A stretch of DNA of 64,000 nucleotides from Octopus sinensis (taxonomy: Eukaryota). The position numbers and the translations under genes are program-made. A model generated the notes under the pieces. That model had not been told where the DNA came from. It was given only the letters and a program-made list of their open reading frames with translations, and made no database searches. Location of the stretch: NCBI RefSeq assembly GCF_006345805.1, contig NC_043000.1, forward strand, positions 47,864,001-47,928,000. Reading direction: 5' to 3'. Positions 12,691 to 25,645 of the stretch are shown one piece after another (the stretch's first letter is position 1; each line of letters starts with the position of its first letter).

Positions 12691-14604
12691 TACAACAGGA
12701 TTCTTTCAGTTTACATCAACCAAATCCACTTACAAGGTTTTAATCAGCCTGGGGCTATAGAAGACACTTACACAAGGTGTCACACAGGATATGGAACTCT
12801 ATAAATTATGTGTTTGGGAAGGAAAATTCTTAATCACGCAGCTATGTTTATAGCTTGTGTGTAAGAATACACAGTGTGGATTGTAGCATAATGGAACTAG
12901 TATGGGTTTCTCATATAGGCATGAAAAAATAAAATGGATCAAGCAGAATCCATCAATTAACAAATTTTTTTTTTATATATAAAAATGTGTTACAAAGATT
13001 TAGGCCCAGCAGTAAATTACTTGATAAAAGAATTAAATCTACTGTTCGAAAATAGCTGTAATGGATAAACAACATGAATTTAGGTGAATAAATTATAGTT
13101 ATGTGAGTATAGGTGATGACAAAGCTATAGACGCAGGCATAACTACAGGTATTGGAGTGGCATTGGTGCAGATATGGCTGTAAGTGTGGGCCTGGCAATA
13201 GGTACAAGCTTAGAAGTTTACTTCCTAATTACATGACTTCAGGTTCAGTCCCAGTGCATAGCAACTTGAACAAGCATCTCCTGCTGTAGCTCCAGGCTGA
13301 CCAAAGCCGTATAGATAGATTTGGGAGATGGAAATCAAAATAGACTCAGTGTTTGGAGAAAGAAACCAAATACACAGTGGTAATAATTAATGTCACTCAA
13401 AAAAAAGAAAAAAAGAGACGTTAATTTCTGAAAAAGATAATTAATTTCACGAAATTAATTCATGTAATTAGGAGAAAATACTATGCTTTGCTGACAAACT
13501 CAAAAACAAAAAAAAAAAAACTGGAAAATGTCTAAAGCAGTCACCTTTGCCTGTTAACAAAAGTCAGATTTTCTCTTAATCATGAAAATTTATTTTCTAG
13601 AATTAGTTCTTATTAACTTGAAATTATCTCCTTTTTAAGTATTACTAACAATTATTTTGTGGGGTTTTCTTCAAGAAAGTAATTATTCTATCTTAGCTGA
13701 TTAACAATCATTTTACTAATAGGGACATTTGAATACTTGCCAACCCAGACCACTTAGCTGTAAATAGGTACCAGCTGCAAATATAATTTCCTTTTGTTTA
13801 TGTTATTGTTATTCTTGTTGTTTAACCTCTTATCTGCCTCCTTAATCAAGTAGATCTACTATAAAGAGAGTTCTGGCTAGACTTATCCATTCTTTCCAAA
13901 AGCCATGAGCTAGACTGACAAATATTTCCATCACTTTTTCAAAAACACAGTATGATATAATATGTAAGAGATTTAGCTGATATTTCTAGCAATTTGTGTA
14001 ACCACATGAGTCTTCTTTTATAAAAACAGATCAAGTGCACAGCATATCTTTTGCCGTCTTTTAGCTACGGTCAGGGATAGGACCGAATTCTGAAAAATCA
14101 ATTATACATTACTGGTATATATCAGTTGCTCAGAACCATAATCAATAACAGATAGAAAGCTTTTGCTCATAGGATTATAGTCTTGAGTTAGTTCAGCACT
14201 GACCAAACAGACTTATGATCAAAGTTATTCAAGTCATGAACATCCCATCTGTTTTTTAATCATAGTGTACCTAGCACAACATTATCCCCTATCTGCTTTG
14301 CCTTTTTGAGGATGGCAGTATATGATTTGTTGTGGAGGATTTCACCATTTTTCTTAGCAATTCAGATGATTAAATAGATGCTCCCTCACATATTCAAATT
14401 AGTAGCAGTTACCTACTATTCATTTTACTATAGTTTTTCGTCTACAAAGTATTGCCATTGTACCAAAATAATAAATCATTAAAAAAATAATCACCTAAGT
14501 TAATTACTCAGCTCACAATCAATGTGAAAACAATAGTCAGGCTTCCTTTAAGAGAACTAATAATACTAAAATATAACTGTAATTGTCTCCCATATTTGCT
14601 GAAG

Positions 14605-15090
14605 TTATTGAAATAATGTGTTATTTGCATTGAAAGATCCTCTCATAGGCATTATGCTTTTGGTGCATAGAAGCACACACATAGAGCATAGCAGATAAGA
14701 ATTGTTTGTAATGGGCACCAGAACTCCCATATCACATGATTTCATTCAATTGGAAATCATTACTGGTGGGTGTCCAGTCACAGTGTACCAGTCAAATCCC
14801 ACTGCTACAATATATAGGATATTAGCATCATTTTTAGATATTGATATCACAAATAGCCAGTCTCTGAAAAGATACTGATATTCTATATAACATAACAGCA
14901 AGATTTGACTGGCATGTGATGACTGGGTACCTCCCACTGATGATTTCCAATAGAATGAAATCACAGGATACTGGATTTTCAGCCCCAATGACAGACAATT
15001 CTCATCTGCTATGATCTGTATGTGATTTTATGCAACAAGTGCCTATATGAGAGGGTCTCTCAAGCCTGAAAATACAGTATTTGATATTCT
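14605..15090. mobile_element. foldback MITE-like element (whole-length imperfect palindrome)
   Basis: CCTCTCATAGGCA..CATAGCAGATAAGAATTGT..TGATTTCATTCAATTGGAAATCAT..CCAGTCAAATC mirrored about ~14850. Confidence 0.75.
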
Positions 15091-15725
15091 AACATGACAT
15101 CCGAGTTAAATTAGATATAGATATTACCTTTACACATTAATGTTACTTTCGTTACTAATAATTAATGACAAATAAAAAACAAATGTTTGTCAGTAAGTTA
15201 ATGTTGAAATTCATCACTACATAAGTATTTCAAATAATTTTTTTTTTTATGCTCACTGCATTAAGTGTGTTAATCCTAAGTTAAGACATCCTTATAGTGG
15301 ATGGTAACATAAAAAAGTACATATCTGTGAAATGGGAGTGCAAGGTGTGCCCCTTACTTAGATCCATGGGTCTCCTGGGATTTCAGAAATTGAAGAAAAT
15401 TTTGAAGCCAGGCAGTCACAGAGGGGTAGTGAGATAAACTATGATTACATTATCATATTTATAGATATCCGAATGTGACACTGTCAGCTCATAATAATGT
15501 TATTCTATTATCCATCTTTTATATTTAGTAACCATGCATTTTCCACCTGAGAAAATTTCTCTGTTAATTTGAAGACGTGCATATCATACCTTCACCATTT
15601 CTCCTTATCCTCTAATGTACCGCAATGTTTGCTAATCACCACCACCTTCATCGACTATATATATATATACACACACACACATATATATATATATATAACA
15701 TATATATAATATACATATATATATA

Positions 15726-15761
<36 letters not shown>

Positions 15762-16281
15762 TTATATATACATACATATATATATATATTTACACACACC
15801 ACATATATATATATATGTATGTATGTGTGTGTGTGTGTGTCTTTCTCTCTATAAAGAAACTAATGAGGACAAATATTGCCTTGCCAATTTTAAAGATATT
15901 TGCTGTTCATATTCTTTATTTCTCTGAATTTTTCTACCTATTAAAATAACAAAAAAAAAAAGAAGCCAAAGTTGTGAAAATCTGTTAATCAATAAGAATT
16001 CCAATAATTATGAAAGTTTTTGTTCTTTCTTTTCATTGATTACCTTGACAACATATTTATATCAAGGAACACATCTTGTTTTTTTTTTTTTTACCTTGAA
16101 TTATATAATAAGCACAATATATTCAGGAAAAAAAAAATACTCTTGGTTTTAATGAGAACCATTAACACAAGATATCTTGAGATTCAATTGAAAGACCACA
16201 CTAGATTGTGAGAAGCAACACATGTTAGTGCAACATTGAGAACTTATAATGCAGAAGATACATATGCATGTTTATATATAT

Positions 16282-18222
16282 CATCATCATCATCATCATC
16301 TCCATTTAGCATCTGCTTTTCATGCTAGCATGGGTTGGACGGTTCAACTGAGGTCTGTGAAGCCAGAAGGCTGCATCAGGCCAAGTCTGATCTGGCAGTG
16401 TTTCTATGGCTGGATGCCCTTCCTAACGCCAACCACTCCGTGAGTGTAGTGGGTGCTTTTTACATGCCACACGCACAGGTGCCAGACGGAGCTGGCAAAC
16501 GGCAATGGACGGATGGTGCTTTTTACATGCCACCGGCACGGGGGCCAGGCGAGGCTGGCAATGGCCACGAATGGATGGTGCTTTTTACGTGCCACCGGCA
16601 CGGGGGCCAGGCAAGGCTGGCAATGGCCACGAACGGATGGTGCTTTTTATGTGCCACCAGCACGGAGGCCAGTCGGGGCAGCGCTGGCCATGGCCACGAT
16701 CGGATGGTTTGCTTACTTGTCACCGGCACTGGTATCACAGCTGCAATTTCCATTGATGTTGATCGACTTCGATTTTGGTTCTGCTTTCTGATATCTGATT
16801 TGATTTGGTTTGATTTTGATTTTGATTTTCACTTGCCTCAACGGGTCTTCACAAGTGGAGTTTTGTGTCCAAGAAGGAAAGGTATGTATAAGTTGACTGG
16901 CTACATACCAGGTAGAGGCCACGGGTTATGGTCTCACTAGTCTTGCGGGTCTTCTCATGCACAGCATACTTCCATAGGTCTCGGTCTCTAGTCATTTCCT
17001 TAGTGAGACCTAAGTTCGAAGGTCGTGCTTCACCACCTCATCCCAGGTTTTCCTGGGTCTACCTCTTCCACAGGTTCCCTCAACTGCTAGGGTGTGGCAC
17101 TTTTGCACACAACTATCTTCACCCATTCTCATCACATGACCAAACGTCTCTCTTGCACACCACAACTGATGCTTCTTAGGTCCAACTTTTCTGTCAAGGT
17201 ACTTACACTCTGTCGATTATGAACACTGACATTACACATCCATCGGAGCATACTGGCTTCATTTCTTGCGAGCTTACACATATCCTCAGCAGTCACAGCC
17301 CATGTTTCACTACCATGTAGCATGGCTGTACGTACACATGCATCATACAGTCTGCCATTTACTCTGAGCGAGAGGCCTTTTGTCACCAGCAGGGGTAAGA
17401 GCTCTCTAAACTTTGCCCAGGCTATTCTTACTCTAGCAGTTACACTTTCAGCACACCCACCCCTGCTCCTGACCTGGTCACCTAGGTAGTGGAAGCTATC
17501 AACTACTTCTAGTTTTTCTCCCTGGAACGTGGTAGAAGTTGGTCTCTGCACATTTTCAGTGTTTATGCTCCTGAGCATCTGCCACAGACAAAAAATTTTC
17601 CTAGTTAGCCTTCCTTTGACATTGCTGCACCTCTTATGTGTCCATAGCTTACACTTGGTGCACCTTATAGAGTTTCTACCAACACCTTTTTTACAGATCG
17701 AGCAGGGCCATCTACCTGAAGGCGTTTGTGATTGGTCTACCTTCCTACTTATTAGGACTTTGGTTTTGGCTAGGTTGATTCTAAGGCCCTTCGATTCTAA
17801 TCCTTTTGCTTCCACACCTGAAACTTCTCCTCCAGTTCTGATAGTGACTCAGCAATTAAGGCAAGGTCATCAGCATAGAGGAGCTCCCAGGGGCATCCTG
17901 TCTTGAATTCCTCCATTATTGCCTGGAGGACTATGATAAATAGGAGGGGACTGTGGACTGAACCTTGGTGGACCCCAACCTCTACCTGGAATTCTTCACT
18001 GTACTCGTTGCCAACCTTCACCTTACTAGCAGCGTCTCTGTACATGGCTCGCACAGCTCTCACTAACCATTCATCTATCCCTAGTTTCTTCATTGACCAC
18101 CAGATAAGGGATCGGGGGACTCTGTCGAAGGCTTTCTCCATGTCAACAAAAGCCAGGTACAGGGGCTTATCTTTGGCTAGGTATTTCTCCTGCAGCTGTC
18201 TTACCAGGAATATAGCATCAGT
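16282..18222 (-). mobile_element. 5'-truncated RTE-clade LINE (RT fragment + 3' UTR + (GAT)n tail)
   Basis: RT motifs followed by a 3' UTR with ~61-bp repeats. Confidence 0.92.
17132..18222 (-). pseudogene. RTE reverse transcriptase, frameshifted
   Basis: FVDMEKAFDRVPR, GVHQGSVHSPLLF, LLYADDL, GLRINLAKTK, PCSICKKGVGRNSIRCTKCKLWTHKRCS, YLGD, MLHGSETW; split across ORFs 17797-18141 and 17132-17815. Confidence 0.92.
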
Positions 18223-18279
18223 AGTAGACAGTAAGCAACTTGAGACAAATAGCTGTGATGAATCATCACATCATCATCA

Positions 18280-18460
18280 GCAGCATCATCATTTAATGTC
18301 CGCTTTCCATGTTAGCATGGGTTAGACGATTTGACTGAGGACTGGCGAACCAGATGGCTGTGCCAGGCTCCAACCTGATCTGGCAGAGTTTCTACAGCTG
18401 GATGCCCTTCCTAACGCGAACCACTCTGAGAGTGTAGTGGGTGCTTTTACGTGCCACCGA
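18280..18460 (-). mobile_element. RTE LINE 3' end
   Basis: Same 3' UTR. Confidence 0.8.
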
Positions 18461-18681
18461 TGCAACGGCTAGTATATATATATATATATACTATATTTAG
18501 TATATATACCAATAATACTATATTTGTTCCTCGTCCTCGCGTTGTTGTGTTTTCTCTTTGTGTTTTCATGTTTGGATTAACTTTATATATAGGGAGAATT
18601 CACAAAAAAAACAAAAGATGAAGACAAGTGGTGTAGACAACAAACAAATGTATTAGTTTAATGCTCGATAAGTGAAGAAGT

Positions 18682-18717
18682 CTTTAATGTTTCGAGCCTA
18701 CACTCTTCCACAGAAAG
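18682..18717 (-). ncRNA. minimal hammerhead-like motif (CUGUGGA core) in Penelope-type insert 18590-18780
   Basis: CUUU-CUGUGGA-A-GAGUGUAGGCUC-GAAAC-AUU-AAAG. Confidence 0.5.
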
Positions 18718-21705
18718 GAACACAGAAAGAAACAAGGAGAGAAAATAAAGAATGTGTGGAGGCTAGTGATCGATCATGGCGAATGCCAGACAGATGGGTC
18801 ACACAGGAGAGCTAGGAAGAAGGGAAGATAATAAAGTAGTAGTGATCCTAAAACGAAGGTGTGCATGCGTGTGTATAAATGAGTATGTATGTGCTTGTGG
18901 AAGAGGGCTAGTGACCTTTACGTGTGTGTATGTGTGTATGTGTAGGTATGTGAAAGTGGGACTGGGAAGTGGTCAGTGGTAGTGTGTGCATTGTGGTGTG
19001 ATGCGATGTGATGTGGTATTGTGTGGTATGGTGGTGTATGGTGCAGTGGTGTGTGCAATGGTGTGATGGTGTTGGGAGGTGGGGAGGTGAGAGTGGGGAA
19101 AGCAAGGGTGGGGCATGGGTTAGGCTGAGTGTGGGGTAGAGGTGGGGTGTGTGTGAGTGAGTGTAGGGTGGGGTGGGATGAATAATGAAGGTGGGGTTGG
19201 ATTGTGTAGGGGTGGGTGGGGTTATGATGAAGGCGGAAGGGAGAAGATGGGTAGGAGTAAAGAGAAGAGAGGAGACAAATGTATGTATGCATGTATGTAT
19301 GTATGTATGTATATATATATATATATATATGCATATGCTTGCACACGTGCACACTCACGCACCCACATACACGCTCCATGTTGTAAATATTTATGTCTTT
19401 TTATCTAAATGAAGCTTTCAGGTTTATAGTGAATGGAAGTAAAAAATCAGATTGCATGAATTTCTTGTGGAAAGATGAAGAGAAAGCTACTGGGTGGCTT
19501 TAGACAAAGAGGTTAGATTCTTGGCTAGTCCCTAATGAGAAGCAACCTGGTACTTGATCCCTAACTGGGTGTATTGTTTGAGGAGGTCTGCGGCAAATCC
19601 AGAAGCATCACTGATGATTTATCACAGAGTGTTCACTGGATGTACCTTGGAATCCATATCACATTTTATTAACTTTCAGGAGGATAAATATCAAAGTTGA
19701 CTTTGACTCCAACAAAATTTGAACTTGATTATGCAGAAGATCAATGTCTATATACTTTAGAAGGTTAAGTGTACAGCTATTTGTCTCAAGTTGCTTACTG
19801 TCTATTTTTGTGCAAGAAATAATGAACAGCTAGTAATAATAAATGGTGGCAAACTGACAGAGTATTTAGAACATTGATCAAAATGCTTCACAATAATTTC
19901 GTTCCAACACATTATGTTCAAAGTTCAAATCTCACCAATGTCATCTTTGCCTGTTATCTTTTTGAGGCCAATGAAGCAAAGTATAAAAAGGATCTGCAGG
20001 ATTGTTAGCACATTAGACAAAATATTTTGTTGTATTTTTTCCAGTTCTTTATATTCTATGTATCCAGGTAGGGGTGGCGAATTTCGCTGTCTTTAGCCAA
20101 AAAAGATAGTGTCTAGTAAAGTAGACTGAAAAGAAGGCAACGGGAAGCAACTTTTGTATTTTACCACAATAATTCTATGACAAGCACATAACATTTATCG
20201 ATCTGATGGTGCAAGGTAGGAAGTAAAAAGAAAATGAACAAAATATAAAGCAAACAAAACTGCAAGAAACTTTTGATAATAACTTCTGGATAAACTTTGA
20301 CATTTCAGATACTATAAAACAATGACATTTTCAAAATCTTGCTTTGATAGCTATATAAACATAACTCTTAAAATGGAACTATGAAAATTGTATAAGAAAT
20401 ACTATTGTTATGGTTTATAGATTGTTTTTGTTTACAAATTAGATAAAGAAAAGTATATCTATACATTCTACTGTTTCTTAGCAAAATTCTTTTTGAAGAA
20501 GTCATTTCATAAAAGAATTTTCAAATTCACTTTGTAAAATGGAAAATTGTTTTCACTCAATATCATTGTCATATTCATATTATCAATTCTTATTCAATCA
20601 TAGGCAATATAATATTCCACATTCACCCTTTCAGTCATTATTGCTACTCTACTGCATAAATATGCTACTAAAAATAACCTTCACATTGAAATCTCCTAAA
20701 TCTTTCTCAAATTGTCTTAATGTGTCGCCAAGCAGAAAACTGAAATAAATCATTTCATTTACCATTTGTTTGTTCCAAAATATTGGTACCACAACATAGT
20801 CACAGTCCATGAAACTTGTAAATTAATAAAAGAATGGCTGGATCATACAGTAATCTTAACAAGCATGGAAATCACATATTAGCCATCCAAAGACTGTTAA
20901 CTTCATTTAAACATTTATTATTTGGTCAGAATTTTTATTGCACCATCTGTGACCTGGTCATTGATGCAATTCCACAGTATTTCTGACAGTGACCAGTCTT
21001 TGTGTGTTTTTGAGTGGCTAATCTGCATCTTCCAGGCTGTAATTGTTGTAGTTTCACATTTGATCTCAGATTAAATCATCAGCCAGACAAGTAAATTTCT
21101 AAAACAGTAATAAGATAAAAGAACCAAGCATTTTTTTTTTTTGCTGGTCATTATCTATAAGGCTAACCTAAGTTTTTACATGAATCTGTAATTATCATCT
21201 TTATTCGCTTTTCAAGAAATTGGGAAAATTGAATCAGAGTCAAGATACTACAGTTATCATTTACAGTTAATTTCTCACATCAGGGTTTGTGCTAATTTTA
21301 TCATCTTTTGCTACTCTCAGATACCATAGCCACATGTCATTATATCTGTTGATTACAATATCTGTAGATTACCATTTCTATTGGTTTACATATCTGTTGA
21401 TCCTCATATTCATTACTCACATTATCACTTGATCACTGTACCTGTTGATCACCAGATCTGCTGATCACCAGATTTGTTGATCTTCATATCTCTTGATTGC
21501 TATATTTGTCAATATCTATATTTTGTCCCTAGGTGCTCGACAGAATAAGAAAGGAACATCTATATGGTCACTATATCTGATAGAGGTAGCAGACAGGTTT
21601 CCCTAAAATTACATTCTCTTATCTTAAGTACATGGGTGAGGAGAGATACTGGTTGCTGCAAACTGGCCATGACTTATTTAAAATAATCAAATATACCACG
21701 CATGT

Positions 21706-22123
21706 CTTTTATCTTTTGTTTGTTTCAGACGTTAGGCTGAGGCCATGCTGGGGCACTGCCTTGAACGGTTTTAGTTGAACAAATCAACCCCAGGATTGAT
21801 TTTCTTTAAACCTGATACTTATTTTATCATCCTCTTTTGCTGAACTGTTAAGTTATGGGAATGAAAACACACCAACACCAGCTGTCAAATGGTGGTGGAA
21901 GACAAACACAGTTACAAAGATACACACTAGTTATATGCATGTATATATATATATATATATATAATGGGATTCTTTCAGTTTCCATCTACCAAATCCATTC
22001 ACAAGGCTTTGGTCAGTCCAGTGTTATAGTAAAAGACACTTGCCCAATGTTCCACAGAGCAAGACTGAACCCAGAACCATGTGGTTTGGAAGCAAGTTTC
22101 TTACCATACAGCCATACCAGCAC
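21706..22123 (-). mobile_element. SINE family A
   Basis: Match to other copies. Confidence 0.8.
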
Positions 22124-23378
22124 CATAATGGATATTGTTACATTAGCTGAAGGCTTATGGCAACAGAATTTCTACATGTATCAGTAACTATTTCATTTCT
22201 TCTACACATGCCATTGCTAAAGCATAAACACTACAAAATCTTTAGCTCCTGTGCAGCAAGAGCCAATTTTCTGTTTAAGAAGAAGCCACTGATTAAAAAT
22301 AGTTCAAATAGTTGTCTGTTGACTACTTCAATCATAAATACATATTCATTTCTGTACTTTATATAGTTTATGTCATACTCTACAAATTTCAACTGTTGGG
22401 ATTAGGTTCACACTGGACCACTTTTAACACAGCATTTCTTATTTTGCAAGATATTTTGATTTACTTCATTCTATCAATTTTTTCCCCCATATGTATTTAT
22501 TTTCAATCATTTCTTTGAAATTGGTTTTCATAACATTTTAAAACTTTTTCACCTTTGTTACTGCTAAAACTTATATTTTTCATATTTCCTATTCATATTC
22601 TTGTATTATTCAACAGTTAGAGCTGAGATTACATCAGAGGAACAGGCACTTTTACCAGTATAATTCTCACGTGTTTTTTGCTATTTCTTTATATTACATC
22701 AGTATCTGTAAATAATGCTTTTAGAAGTAGATTCTCCTGTAAAATCATACAGTTATACACTCTACTAAAAACTGGGTATATCATATACGTGTGTGTATAT
22801 ATAGTTTAGGTAATACAAACACTAAAATAGAACTAAAAGAAATGAGAGTATATATATTTTGTTATCATTAATTATCAGAAGATACAGAGTGTCATGTGTG
22901 CATTAGTACTTGCACCTATGCACAAAACACTTGAGCCTTGAGTTATTCTCTAATTCCTGCTGGTTATTAAAAATAAATAAATATGTAAGTATGCATACCT
23001 GTATGTATGTACATATATATCTATGTACATATGTATGCATATCTTTTGGGACTACTGAAACAAATTTGTCATGATATTTTGATGTTTATCACTGAATAAA
23101 GTTCATCTTATTTCTCAATTGCTTATATCTTTATATTCTCCTTATTCTTTTCTCATGTATATTCTCGTATTCAATATTTTTTAGTTCATTATGATATGTG
23201 GTTTGTGCCTGAAGAATGCACTTGAGATATTTCTCAACATATGTATTATATAATTGTTATTGGAACTATAAATAAGAATATCTAAGAGATACCACCATGC
23301 TTGAAATAGTAGTCAAAACCTTCCGTTGGCAATTTTTTTTCCTCTGTCTTCCCTTCTCTGGATCTTTCCTTCTCCTAT

Positions 23379-23413
23379 GTTTCCGACGAAGAGCTCCGCT
23401 CGAAACGTTAAAC
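23379..23413 (+). ncRNA. minimal type I hammerhead ribozyme motif (CCGACGA core)
   Basis: GUUU-CCGACGA-A-GAGC(UCC)GCUC-GAA-ACGU-U/AAAC: stems I and II pair, palindromic stem III ACGU, GUU triplet. Confidence 0.65.
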
Positions 23414-23512
23414 CCTTCTTCTTTCCTTCTTTCCTGAGCGTCCAATAATACTATATTTGTTCCACGTCCTCGCATTGTTGTGTTTTTTTGTGCTTTCATG
23501 TTTGGATTAACC

Positions 23513-23570
<58 letters not shown>

Positions 23571-23644
23571 TTTATATGTATATATGTATGTATATATGTA
23601 TATATATGTATTATGTATATATATATATATATGTATATATATCT

Positions 23645-23980
23645 TTAATTGCGTCTGGGGAGAGTCATTCTCTTTTAGTGCTTTATTATTTAACACACTC
23701 ACCAGTAAAGTTCCCACTCATTTGCTTGTTTATTTTTCCTAAAATTTTCGTTGTATCATGCAACCTTTTCAATAGTCGACTATTGAAAAGGTTGCACAAT
23801 ACAACGAAAATTTTAGGAAAATAAATAAGTAAACAAAGGGAAACTTTACCAGTGAGTGTGTTAAATAATTAGGCCCTAAAAGAGAAGGACTCTCCCCATA
23901 CACAACAAAATATACTTCAACACATGAACTCACATAAAGAATCTTGCAAACCAAATTCGAAAACGAAGTGTGTGTTTATA
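23645..23980. mobile_element. palindromic Penelope-type insert in (TA)n with a hammerhead-like motif in each arm
   Basis: ~125-bp arms mirrored about AATAGTCGACTATT (23771-23784); motifs at 23780-23816 (+) and 23739-23775 (-). Confidence 0.75.
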
Positions 23981-23984
23981 TATA

Positions 23985-24207
23985 TATATACCAATTAAGG
24001 ACTGAACACAAAAGTGGACAGTCAACATGCTAGATATAGACGTCAATCGCCATTCTCCACAGAATGGCGATTTGACGTCTATACTAGCATGTTGACTGTC
24101 CACTTTTCGTGTTCAGTCCTAATTGGTATATATAAATATTTTAATCTTCGGATTCTTTTAATATGCTAGACCACGGTCTTATTGATAAATATCAATTTCT
24201 ACCCTTA

Positions 24208-24225
<18 letters not shown>
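23985..24225. repeat. second palindromic TA-embedded insert (~70-bp arms plus unpaired tail)
   Basis: CCAATTAAGGACTGAACAC..CGCCATTCT ccac AGAATGGCG..GTGTTCAGTCCTAATTGG. Confidence 0.8.
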
Positions 24226-24239
<14 letters not shown>

Positions 24240-24461
24240 CAGGATGTAATGGGTAAACTGTCACCATTTTACACCTTTAATTTTGCATGTGAGTATTGTT
24301 TTTGATTCTGTTGAGTCTGACAAATCACTTATACAGCTAAGCACCTTGTAGGTGCAAAACCAATGGCCAGCCATAACAAACGACCTTCTAAATATTACTA
24401 CTCTAACCTTGTGAGTGGATTTGGTAGACGGAAACTGAAAGAAGCCCGGTGTATATATGTG

Positions 24462-24551
<90 letters not shown>

Positions 24552-24599
24552 TTGTGTGTCTGACAACCGCTTGACAACCAATGAACTACTGACTGATAT

Positions 24600-25645
24600 A
24601 CAAGGTGGTATCAAAAAAGTTTCTGGACTAGTTCTGTTGTGCGCCAACAGATGGCAGCACATGGATGATGGCACATTGAGAGTTAGCTGTGACCTTCATG
24701 AGCTAGTGTGCTGAGTGACATTGCTCTCTCTCTCTGAGCTCTCTGTCTCCGAGCTCGCCTCCCACTCCATCATCAAGCTTACCTCAGTTGTGTGTTTCTC
24801 ACTGTCTCATGAAGGTCACTTCTAACTCTCACTCACTGGGCATGCAGCCATATGCAATACAGAACTCGTCCAGGTGGTTTTTTGATACCACCTTGTATAT
24901 CAGTCAGTAGTTCATATATCTGAAAAACAAGCATGATATCACTTCTGCACCTACCCTATTTGCCAGATTTAGCACCTGTGGACTTCCATCTCTTCTCCAA
25001 GATGTAAATATAGGTCAAAGGTTGCTGTTTTAACACAGTAGTTGAGATCCAGAATGAATCGCAGAAGATCTTTGACTCACTTGCAGGAAACGACTTCCAG
25101 GCTGGATTTCAAAGGTAGTGGGAATGCTGGGATTAGTATATTGTTGCACAAAGAGACTATTTCGAAGAAGATGATGTTAAAACTTAGGAAAATATGTTAT
25201 TTTTTATCAAACATAACTAGTCTTTTACTCTTTTACTTATTTCGGTCATTTTACTGTGGCCATGCTGGAGCACCGCCTTTAGTCGAGCAAATAGACCCCC
25301 AGGACTTATTCTTTGTAAGCCTAGTACTTATTCTATCAGTCTCTTTTACCGAACCGCTAACTTACGGGGACGTAAACACTCCAGCATTGGTTGTCAAGCG
25401 GTTGTCAGAAACACAAACATACACACACACACACACATACCCACACACATATATACACCGGGCTTCTTTCAGTTTCCGTCTACCAAATCCATTTGCAAGG
25501 TTTTGGTCAGACTGCGGCTATAGTAGAAGACACTTGCCCAAGGTGCCATGCAGTGGCACTGAACCCAGAACCAGTGGATGGTAAACAAGCGACTTACCAC
25601 ACAGCCACTCCTTCATCTGGGAACTTTCTCATACCACCTCAAATA
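24600..25645 (+). mobile_element. internally deleted/rearranged mariner element
   Basis: TIR CAAGGTGGTATCAAAAAAGTTTCTGGACTAGTT; MISLLHLPYLPDLAPVDFHLFSKM at 24933; right TIR AACTAGTC..GAACTTTCTCATACCACCTC split by a SINE. Confidence 0.75.
25222..25612 (-). mobile_element. SINE family A inserted in the mariner right TIR
   Basis: Full SINE A between AACTAGTC and TCTGGGAACTTTC. Confidence 0.85.

Noticed and set aside
16335-16940. 201-aa ORF
   Set aside because: Antisense reading of the repetitive RTE 3' UTR
20850-21090. Possible coding remnant (LLYDPA on minus strand)
   Set aside because: Single short motif among stop codons; cannot assign
23275-23320. ..AAGAGATACCACCATGCTTGAAATAGTAGTCAAAA (related copy at ~36843-36880, minus) as a hammerhead
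   Set aside because: Core lacks CUGANGA and stem II does not pair; recorded only as a repeat fragment
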